Below, in pieces: positions 1-12,100 of a DNA stretch of 64,000 nt. The stretch's first letter is position 1; each line of letters starts with the position of its first letter. Origin of the DNA: Styela clava (taxonomy: Eukaryota); assembly GCF_964204865.1 (NCBI RefSeq), contig NC_135254.1:14632001-14696000 (forward strand). Reading direction: 5' to 3'. Made by a program: the position numbers and the translations under genes. Under the pieces are notes generated by a model that ran no database searches, had not been told where the DNA came from, and saw only the letters and a list, made by a program, of their open reading frames with translations.

Positions 1-179
1 ATTATCAACCATAAATTTTGTGCCTGCAATCACTAGAAAGCCTATGTTAAATAAAGGTGCGGCAAGCGATTTCACCCAGTTATTTCTATCTGGCCCTCTT
101 GTATTAAAGGTTACACACCCCTGCTTTGAAGGCTAGGACTTGGTCATTCCCACTCATGAAATACTGCGATACTTTTCAG

Positions 180-3100
180 GTGATGCAATGACACAAACGG
201 AATATTCACTACGTGATGAAGCATGGCGAAGATATGATCCTATCTTTACAACACATAGAGCACTGTACAAGAAAAACGTTCAACAGGTCTGCCTTTAAAC
301 TAAGATGGATAAATAAATAATTAAATTTCAGTTGTTTTGTGGTGTTCTATTTTTGGATCACAATTGGCAACCTTTTTTAGGATATTTTTTAATATAATTT
401 ACCTAAATAAGCAGAAGGAGACTCCCCTCCAGGCTAGTAAAACCATACATATTGGTGATTTTGATGGTGCATTACTCGGTAGGGAATTACGTCTGACATG
501 ACACTCAGAAATATTTCAGGAGAACGAAAAAAAACAAAAAATATGACAAAAAAAATTGAAAACCTGATGATATAATGTTTCGATAATCAGCAAAATAATA
601 CTGGCTATTCTGGAGATTTACACCAAACATAAACTAATTATGTTCGACTACCAAGGAATATTCCTTTGACTATTGAAACTTTCTGCCATAAGAAACAATG
701 GTAATTATTTTAATTTGTTCTAATGCTTTCCAAAGTACTCAAAATTTTAACAAAACGCGTACCTAAAAACGCGTACCTAAACAACAATAATTATGGTATG
801 TGTACATAATGAAGATTGAACACAATAAAGGTTTTTTGTGTGCGCTGATTGTGCACCTTGCGGCGGTTTGGCCTTCGTGTCTGTATATTTGTGCAACGCC
901 CTCTAGTTGAATGGGGCAATCAAGAGGCAGCCGAGGCCTTCGTGTCTGTATATTTGTGCAACGCCCTCTAGTTGAATGGGGCAATCAAGAGGCAGCCGAG
1001 GCCTTCGTGTCTGTATATTTGTGCAACGCCCTCTAGTTGAATGGGGCAATCAAGAGGCAGCCGAGATGTGCATCTCACTTGGCGGCACTCTCTGGTGTTT
1101 AAGCCGAATTTCCTTTTGAGTATCGCAGTATTTTTGACTAAGATTTTTTTTGTCGGCTACCGATTTGTTCAAGTATCAAATCGTTCGACTACCGAGGTAT
1201 TGCTGTAGTTAATTTTATTTAAATAGCCCGCCATACTTAACTACTATATTAAAAACAGAAACGTCTTTTGAAATTGTATTTTATATGTATGATTGAAAAT
1301 TCATTACTTTTCTTCATTTTTTAATGCAGGCGCATACCAACTACTTTAAATATCTTCAACGTTGTCATAAACTTCCTTCAAGCATTTTGGAATCATCGGT
1401 ATGGACGCCCTATTGCTGTAAGTTCCATCATGATTCATATTGTATTATAGATCTTGTCTATAATCATAATCTTTTTCATACCATTTTTTCTTCATTTCTT
1501 TCCACATGCATAAAGTATGGAATTTAGAACTTGTAATGATTAGTTACACAGGTTCCATACCCGAAAAGAATAAAAATCATATTTAGTCCTTTACTAATCA
1601 TCATGTTCAACTTTTCGGTTTCGGCTCAAAAAAACTTACTGTAATTCTGTTATTGGGCAATTCATGCCAGATTTACAAACATTTGAGATTTCATAAAATA
1701 TTGAAATCGAATAATTTTGAAGCATTAACTATAAACACTGACACATTGATCAGTGATTGAGTAAATTGCTCAACAATGTAGCACATCGTGCTAAACGTTA
1801 GGAATTTGCTCGCCATTGCACTTCTGATTACCCAGCGTTGGTTCGCAGGTTTGAGTTCAGTGGGAGATAATTATGTGCAAGAGGATTGCTGGATTCCTCG
1901 CTGCCCGCTTTAGGGTGGTTCATGTAACCGCTGGTCGATTATGGCCTTCTCCACCATACCCGAATCCCATACCCGATATGGACTGGTAACCAGACGAGAG
2001 ACTGTGGTTCGCTGTATGATTAAGCTGTCTTAGCGGCTTCCCATTCCCTCTGGATAAATATGTAAATCCTATCCTATGTGCCAACTGTATGAACAGCTTT
2101 TGTGGTTTGGTACCTACCAGTAGTTGAATTTTCTCTGGCATATAAAATGCTCTGCTATACTTGATTACAGTAAGTTGCAATTAGATTTCCAAAGAATCTT
2201 AATTTTAAACACAAAATACAATACAATTAGGTATCATCTTTTGTTTAATAATAAACAACGTTTTTTTTTCAGCAATCCGTATTGTTGATGAACGTTACTC
2301 TCAACTGAATAACTTACTCAACTGCAGGACTTTACACACTGCCATATTCATGGTTATTTACAAATATCTTCACAAACATACTGCAGTCACAGAACAGGTA
2401 TGATTACTCGAAAAGTTCGTTGCGTTGGATTAGGAATGGGTGTGCTTATCATCAAGATGGGTGACCCGAATTATCACAAAACTTGTTTGTCATTTAATAT
2501 CCAGCAAATACCCGCTTATACAGAACAAAATGAGACCATGTTTTTTGTTTCCAAAATCTCATTTGTTAGAAAAGAATTTTTGGATGTGCTTTTACTATCA
2601 AAACAAATCAATTGCTTTTCCATCTGAGTATGTGGTGATTTAAGATTGTATCCTTAACCAAAATTTCTCTGAATAACGCATTGAAGACTTTATCTTTTAT
2701 TTTCATTTTTCAGACCTTGTGTATGGCGATCACAATTCTTGAAGGTGCATTGTTTGCTTCTCCAAGAGAAAATGATGATGGTTTGGAAGTAGAAACTGAA
2801 AGTATGTGTTTCCTGCATCATCTCTATACAAATTGTTCTTTGGCAACTGTAAAGCAAAAGCAAACAACCATGTGTCTTTGCTTTAAACCCAAAAGGGCTA
2901 AAAAGCTTGAAAAATCTATTTTGAGACAACGTAGAGATACATTTTTGATTTTCACCTTCTCCACTTTGGTGAATATTGATTCACATTATATTAAATATTT
3001 TACTTTTTTGTAATTTTCAAAATGAAATTTTTTTGAATTTTCAAACTTTATTTTTTATATTGAACCCTTCGATATTTAATTTTATGTCCGCTTCAAAGAT

Positions 3101-6100
3101 AGAAAAGTTGAAAAAAATGGTGTAGTTATATAGTAAACCATACCACACCTCTTTAATTAACCATTCAAAGGGCAGCTATTTACTACTGTTTGTGAACTAT
3201 TAGAATGCATGTTATATTCCATTGATTCATTTTTGTATGACATATTTCTACACTTTTTACTCTTGTGTCAAAAAAACACGTTGAAAATTTGTGGATGAAA
3301 TGTGGATAACCAAAATATGTCAGTCAAGATCAAAATTTTTTTTAATTAGCTATACGCCCCCTACAAAAATTGCCCTTGTGGGGCACGCCTCACCGTTTGA
3401 GAACCATTGGATTACACCCTGGGTGAGGTGTTGGCATGGGATTTGAACCCAAGATTTCAAGATCTCCCCAACTTTTATCCACTTTCAGAACCATCAAGCT
3501 CTCCAAACCAAAAAACTTCAGACAGAGATGCAGAATGGCAAAAGATGTTGACAATGTGGTTTAAAACCAACAACATGACGACAAACATTCGGCAAGTGAT
3601 TGATCAGGTTCAAATAACTTGGCAAGAAACTTTCCATGATGCAATGGAAACTGATGGTGAGATCATCTATTGATAATTTATATAACTAAATAATATTAAT
3701 GAAACTACATAAATGAAGGATATGTATGTAGTTGGTCCCGCAGATACCAGATCAATAGTACAATACTTGGTGTCACTAACTTATTTCAAACTGTTCTCAG
3801 ATTGCTCAGTGCGCACACATAAATTTAAATTCTAAATAATGCTTTACTGTTAAGGCCAGTTAAACGGAAATAGATATATTAAATTCATTTTTATTACAGA
3901 ACAACTGAATAATCAGCCTGAAGTTGATCCAGAAGAACCTGAAAGATGCATCGTAATACAGGTGTTATATATCATAACTTTGCATTGAATAAATACAAAA
4001 AAAGTCTGTTAATTTAAAAATTTGGTTTTCTGATGTATACTGTAGCTAATATTATATATCACTAAATCATAGCTAAATGGTAAGTTAAATATCTGAGATG
4101 AAATTTTCAAAATGACGTCAAAAATATTCTACTTAATTAATAGTTTAAAATGAAGTAGCGGGGCCAGTTTAGTTAGCATTTTATATAACTTTGGACATTT
4201 TTTTCTACATTTCATATTTTTTTTCACCAAATCTGTTACTCTCAGGAAAGCATTATTACGATGCTGATCAAGCTACATACAAGGTTTTCAGGAGTCAAGA
4301 ACTCTTTCGTCTTTCCTGCTGAATTTGTTCCCGATCTTGATCCTCCTAATCCGATTCCTCCGACGCCGGTGAAAGTTATCGAAAAAATATTGCTATTTGC
4401 TGCATCAAAAAGCCCTCACAATCAGAAGGTAAGTAGCTTTGATCGAACATGTGCCATAGATGACCGTGCCACTGAGGCTCAATGGCTCATACCCGATTAT
4501 ATATTTCTTTGTTTGAAGTTTTCAAATCTATATTCTGAACAAAGTTTAGTTGGGGTTGGGGAGGGGTTGCGATGCCCCGGAATAATATTGTTTCTTGGTT
4601 GGCGATCCAAGTTCGACACCCCCCCCCCCATTTTATGGAAAGTGTCCACCTCTGGGGATAGCCTATATATTTGAACTGAACTATTACAAAAATGTGATTT
4701 TCTCAAAACCTTAAAATGTGACCTAAGCTAATTTGTCTTTCTACTATTTTTATGGCAAATTTCATCGAATGGAGGTCATTTACACTCACTCAAAAGTAAA
4801 GGATCATCATTTAGCAGAGTTGCGGGCAAGTACTGAAATGCTGAGTACTGAAAGAGCTACTGAAACTATATTTACTCAAGCTGGAATGTTTGTTAAGCTA
4901 GTCCGAACAGGCTTCTGCAGATATATTGCTTCTGATTATCTAGTGTGGTTTGTGAATTCATACATGTTTTATATACAGGTGATCGTTGATATCTGTGGTA
5001 CTGCCGCAGTTTCTTCTCCTTCAGTTAGTGATGATAAAACGAGATATGAATCTGAACGAGAAAGACGTAAACAAGCTGCACTGGACATGCAACAGAGATT
5101 ATTGAAGGAATTTGCAAGCAAACAAAAGAAATTTCTAGGTAATTTTACAATTTTTGCACTTTCTAGAAACGGAGTTCACCAGTTACTGAACTATTTTTAT
5201 ATCATGAGATGGATACAGAAGACCTCCAAACAAAAAAATAAATTAGAAAAGAATCATATACATAATTATGTATGCTCGAGTATAATCCATTGATGAATGT
5301 GTGGCCCAGCAATGTTGCAATATTAGAATCTCAATCTCAACACTATTTTCATTGATAAAAAATATGACTTCATTCGTTTATATTTCATTTTTATACAACT
5401 TGACATCTCATCATGTCCTTTTAAAATTGTCAAACTAGGACTTTCTGAGCTTTAAAGTTTTTCTCTTCCTAAAAAGAGATTTGTATTCTTACTTGGTTGG
5501 TTGAGAGCTTATCTGTTTTCTTTCGAATTTTTTTTCTGAGAACTTCATTAATGTGAAATTCACTACTTTACAGCCTTTTCAATCAGTATTCGTTTGCACA
5601 TAGTGTACCGCCATAACTTTATATAGTCCGGTATCTCATGACCGCTCATGTTTTTGTTCGGAAATGAGTTTCCTATATTTTCTGAGCGAGTGCCCATGAA
5701 CTGGTTCCGAGCAAAAATTTTGAAAAACTTTCAATGATGTAATATTAAACTTAATCACATTGCAAAAATGAAAAATTTTACAGTAAGATGCAGTGATTTT
5801 GAGGATATGTATTGTCAAATAGTAATTTTAATCATTGAATAAACCAAACTCTTTTCATATGTTTTCATATGACAGAGCAAGTTGAAATGGATTTGGATTT
5901 GCCTGCTGATCCAGAAGCTGAAGTAGAAATGGAAACAAATGTTGTTGATGATAATAGATATGATTGTGTTATTTGTGGTGCTAGTGAAGATAGTACTATT
6001 AATATTGTTGGAAGTACAGACGCTGAACGTACGAACAGTGCGAAATCACAAATTATGGGAATGGTTGCTCTTGTACAATCGTCATCTTTACTCGGTGAGT

Positions 6101-9100
6101 TGTGTTGTTATATTTTCGACAGTTTTATCTGATTTTTTGCAATTAAGTTGATCTTGAAATACATTTGTTATACAACATTTATTTGTTCACATCTGTTTCT
6201 CCGAACATGGATCTGTACAAGCAGGCAATTTTTTTTAAAATTCGTTAGGAGCTACTATTTTCGAGATGAACGACATGGTTGCGAATAAAATACCGTAACT
6301 GATGTAAATGAGTTAAACAAAAAACTGATTTTGTTTATAGAAGAGCAGTGCTCATGTCGTCCCTAATATTTCAATTCGTTGTATTGGAAAAACCAAATTT
6401 AAGTGTGGCCCAGATAGATGTCTGAAGTTGATTATATGGCCCTATGGCCCCACCGACAAAAAATGCTGCACACCCATTCATTAGACTAATTTTTCATGCT
6501 ATTGGGAAAATGGAAGATTTTACAGAAAATCTCAATTTTTATCATATGAAATCCTGAAAACGTGTTTTCAATTACAAAATTTATGATATCTAAATTTTTT
6601 GTTTTTCCCTGCATGATGAATTAAAATTATACTTTCAGGATTCAGAACTGAATCTGATGAACTGAGACCTCTCAGACCTGTTGATTCAAACATAAAACCA
6701 ACGGAAACTTGCAGAAAATTCAATCGCGAACATCATGAAAATTTGAAGATGAAATTCCCACAAGAAATTGGTTCATTCACTCTCGGAACTAATATAGGTT
6801 AGTGTTAGTGTACATTCATTCTAACTTAAAAAAAGGTAATTCAACTAAATGTAGGCCTATTGTTATTATCAGATTATTACTTATCGATCTTGATCGGTAA
6901 GTACGTTGATAGGTATTTGTCTGTCTGTTAGATGCACACGATATCTCACGAAGGCGAGGTTTAATCTGTTCTAAATTTTACATGTGCATTCATCATATCG
7001 CGGACCAGAAGCCTTTTGATTTTGGATGAGTTATGTCGTATAATTAGCGAGTAAATAATTAATTAGTAATGGGACACGCAGTGTCACTATAGTCATGAAT
7101 CGAAGCCGCAGCTTCGATCGATAAGTCTTCGGTCTCCGACTGATATTCTCGTTTTATTTTTGACTCATTTGATTGCATCAGTATACCAGATCATTGGTCT
7201 TTTTAGATTTGGGTTGAAACAATTTTGGTTCTCGCGCTGACTCACACCCAGACTCTGCATTGATAAAAACTTTGATTTTGACTCCTGTTTGCAAAAAAAT
7301 TCGCCTCCATCCCCAAACTCTGAGGAAATCATATTTTAATATGAAAAACTTTTGCATGTGCAAGCCTTCTTTAATGTACTGTTAGGAACGCTAAGTGAAC
7401 ATGATGTGTTTTGAATTTGTGTGCAAAATTCTGACTTTTATCGCCATTGAAACTTATTTGAAAGTCTGAAATCCTGTCTCGTGGAAAGAATTTCGACTTC
7501 CGATGGGTCAAAAAATACAACTACGACTCCAATGTCAAACTCCAGCTCTACAGCCCTGGCTAAAAAAAAAGGAACAAGATTCTTATTTTCTTTAGCATTT
7601 GTTAACATGTTCGTTGTTATGAGTGTAAATCTGTTTTTATATATTATACTCTTACTTTAGATCTTGCCACTAGCAAACTGAAGCAATTTTATATGAGTAG
7701 ATTGAAAATCATGACACATAAGAAGATATGACACACTATAAGAAGATAGCAAAAATTCCCCTTAACTACACTAAATCTTTTTTATCCCAACACAATTTTT
7801 TGAAGTGTCTTACTACTGTAAAGGCTGTTCACTTTAACTCACTCATCTTTTTATTTACATTTAGACTGGGAATGGGCACCTCAAGTTTCAACATGTGGTC
7901 ATCACCTGCATGTTTCTTGTTACCATGATTACATGAAGTGGGTAAAACGAGATGAAACCGGTTACCTCCGGTTTGAGGAAGGATTGGGATTTCAATGCCC
8001 CTTCTGTCGACAAACTTCAAATTTAGTTGTACCATGCAATGTACAACAGGAAAGACCTGTACCGCCTGAGAGTTTAAGAAAGTTACTGAAACCGCATGTT
8101 CCGGATAGGACCTTGTCCATGGAAGATCAAGATTTCCAAAAGTAAGATAACAATGAGAAAAGATTTAAATAAGAGATTAGTCAAAAATAGTATAATAAAG
8201 GGTGATCGACAGAAAAATGAAAATTTGTCAAACAGCTATTTATTCTACAAAGAATAACTTTTACAAGTTTTTTCAAAGGCATATGTTATATTACACTCAT
8301 AGATGCTCAAAATGTTGTCCATGCACTTCAGAGCAGTGTCTTAGTCTAGTAGAACATAAAACAACCTAAAATCTGAAAATAAAAAAAATGTATCGAAAAA
8401 GAAAAGAGTAAGCACTAAGCACACATTTTATTCCTGATTTCATCATAATCTTTAAATTTTCTGCTTTTCTAGCGACCACCTTATAGTTTAACCGTTACCC
8501 TATTTTTAGCTCACCCTGTATTTAGTCGAATGGTTGCAGATGGTGATATAAATAACAGCTAAATGATATGAAAATGAAGCAGTAGAACCAAATTACTTTA
8601 TGCCACATTTCAAGGTTTCGAGTAAATCTTGTTTTTGCAATTTCCAGACTTCTACAACCAAACCTAATACTGGATATAAGACACTACCTAAAATCCAAAT
8701 TGACATTTCAAATTATAATGATAATTAACTTTCAGGTCACTTTGGGAAATCGACAATTTAATTGTATCCAACGTGCCCATCAGAACAATAAGAATGCCCG
8801 AATCTCAGGTAAACCAAGAATCCAGTTCTGAAGTAGAAGGATCCCCTATTGACCCCGTTCGTATGATTGATGTCAATGTTCTATCTGTTGATGAAATTCT
8901 TAAAGCTTGTCAAGATTCAACTGAAGCAATTTTAGCTGAAAATAGAATAGTGTTAGACAAAGGTAAGTCATCAAAAATTCGCTATACCTGACAATTCTGT
9001 TTTTTTTTTGTATAATTGATAGTACTCCCGTAGTATGTGTACCAGGTTAGGGGTAGGGCATAATTTTATTCCAATTTACCTTATTTTAGTTCTATTACAA

Positions 9101-12100
9101 GTTCGGGGACTGTCTGTGTTAGCCAAGTGAATATACCCCCTGCCCATAGCCATAGGCTTTCGTCCCTTTACACAACTTGATGTAAAAATGCGAACAAAAT
9201 TAGTTACCTCCATATTGGTACATACACTTCTGGAGCGTCAGAACTTTTATGATGGACTAGATGTAAGTTCTAATATATTTAATATTGCTGGCAGTAGGGA
9301 GCTGGATTCTCTGCAAACCAGGCTATGAAGTTGGAGAAAATTTACAATAGACTTAGACTTTCGATTCTTTAGTGATAAAAGCGTTGGATTAAGGAAATGT
9401 TCAACTCCTATTGTACTTGAACCCAGCTCTGAATTGAGGCTTTATTATTTGTTTGACTATTAAAAACGCTTAGCGAAGGGTTGTGTATAATTTTATGTCG
9501 GTGGGCCATATAACCAACTTCAGACATCTAGCTGGGCCCCACAAAAAATTTAGTTCCTCCATGTTCACAACGGATTTCAGTAATAAAGGCAGCGATCAAA
9601 ACAGGGAAAAATTTAACGCAGAGACGAGAGCAAAAAACACATGTATTTTTTATCCATGTGAGCGCCTTTTTAAACATGATTATGATTTTATGCTTGATGG
9701 GGGATAATGAGCGCCTTTTAAGGCATAAATTGTCAGATTATTACTTATCGATTTTAATCGGTAAGTATGTTGATAGGTATTTGTCTGTCTGTCTGTTTGT
9801 CTCTCTGTCTGTTAGATGCACGCGATATCTCACGAAAGCGAGATTGAATCTGCTCCAGATTTTACATGTGCATTCATCATATGTTGGACCAGAGGCCTAT
9901 TGATTTTGGATGAATTATGTAGTATAACTAGCGAGTTATTAATTAATTAGTGATGGGACACAAGGTGTCACTATGGAGTAAGAGCGCTGTTTTGGGGGAT
10001 CCCCTAACTTTCGATCGATAATTCTTCGGTCTCTGACTGATATTCTCGTTTTATGATTGATGGGGAAAATTTTGAGAGTTGACGAGGGCCATATTAAATG
10101 GCCCAGGGTTGTGGCCCAGTGGGTCTGCCTGTTGCACACCCCTGGCTTAGTATATTGAGTTGCTATAGAAAATTTTGACTCGTATCATCACCACCCAAAG
10201 TGTGAAATTCCGACACCCGATTCTAGGGAATCGAAAATTTTGATCCGATTCCCGACGATTTGAAAAACTTCAGTATTAAAATGCCACACAATGACTCCAC
10301 AGCCCTGGTTCAAACATGTTGTAACGACTTCAGCAGCCATACTTCACACATATACTCTCAGAATTAAAAAAAGGTATTATCTGAAAATCATGTTGTTTAT
10401 TAAAGCACATATCAAGATTTTGTTTCACAGACATCTGAATTTAGCGATGAAAATAATGTCAAAATTTCCTTAACAGTTATTTTTCTAAATTTTCCTAGTT
10501 AGATAAATATAGGTATATCTAATGTGAGCAAGTTGGAGTGATTTGAGAAAATATATGTGTTTGTGAACAAATGTATGTGATGTGAAAACAGAATATGAAA
10601 CGTCAACATGCATATTCAATATTACTAAATGTATGTAATTTGAGAAAATTTATGTGATTTGAGAGCAAAATATGAAACATGAGCAAGCATGCACAATGTG
10701 AATAAATACGTGGGATGTGTATCGATAAATGTATGTGAGGTGATAAAATTTACGAGACTTGAACAAATATTGTGATATAATGTATGTGATATTCATTAAT
10801 TAATGTGTGTGATTTGGGAAAATGTATGTGATGTGAAAACAGAATATGAACTGTGAACAAGCAGTATGTGAAGTATATCAATGAATATGTGTGACATGAT
10901 AAAATTTAGAACAAATATTGCGTTATTAAATGAAAATATTCTCAGGCCCTTGAAATACAAGAAATGACGCAGTTTACCTCAAAACCGAATTGTATATATC
11001 TATATACGCTTATCTGTGTGGTCATGACGTGTACTTTGGTAAACGAAAACGTCGTTACAGTCGCCCTCGGGGTATTTAACACGTCTTCTTTTAACAAACA
11101 GACATATTATTAAATTTTTATCAGAAAGTCTGGTAAAACTTGTTTATGGTGTGAATTTTTTGCAACGAAAAATAACTTGTTTTTTTAAAAAAAATATTTC
11201 ACCAAATTTTAAAACCTCTTGGGGATTTTGTTTTCAAAGGGCAATAAATGAACTACTGGGTGCCCGAAAATAAAAGAAACCGACAAAATTGGTGATCAAA
11301 TTAGTGGGCTTCATTTATTTTGGGACACTCTATATTACAGAAAAATAGGTTCTTTTTAGGCTGGTATCTATCTAAGCATGGTTTGGAGCAATATAATAAT
11401 CACCAAAATTTTTTAATAAAAAGGAAAAATTTGAAAAAAACCCAGAACACAAATACCTAATACCAAAAAAAACTTCGAAAATTAATACTAACACAAACAA
11501 CATAATGGATGGGAGACCCTCTTCAAAAATTTTCTTGAAAAGGGCCTTCCGGAAGGCCCTAAGACCCGGTATCTGGAAACCTAAAAAACTTCTATTTTCA
11601 GTAATTAGAGCATGTACCACTATCAAATAAAAAGGGAAATATTATTTTAAGCCATGTTATCTGAAAAGAAAGTTACATTTTTCTTTTTTGATGGGAGGGA
11701 AGGTGTTCCCCAAATGACAGCTGGGCATTAATTTTCAGTAAATGAAAGACGATCACTCATTGAAAGTCAGCGCCTACTTGGACAATAAAACTTTTGAAAT
11801 TGAAAAGTTTGCTCGTCATGTAAAGAATATCATGCAAGATTTGGTTGATATGTTGTCTTTATTAATGAAATATAACATCCAAAGATGAGCATTTATTAGA
11901 AAACCCATGTTGCTCTAAATTGACAGTGGTCACAAGAGCACATTAGTTACGCATCTTAGAAACCAAAGGATCCAGTACCCACATTATAATGATGACAGTG
12001 ACAAATTTCAAATAAGTTTCTGCTACTTGCAGTCTAGGGATATTTCCAGAGTGCCATTCTCATTTTGTTTCTAGCTAGTTAAAGTTATCCTTTTATCAAA

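Noticed and set aside
520-710. Extra UBR3 exon (ttcag...gtaatt)
   Set aside because: No UBR-like peptide; exons 180-286 and 1330-1417 already join in frame and collinearly.
870-1064. CRISPR-like array
   Set aside because: Units are contiguous with no unique spacers; eukaryotic intron; no cas genes.
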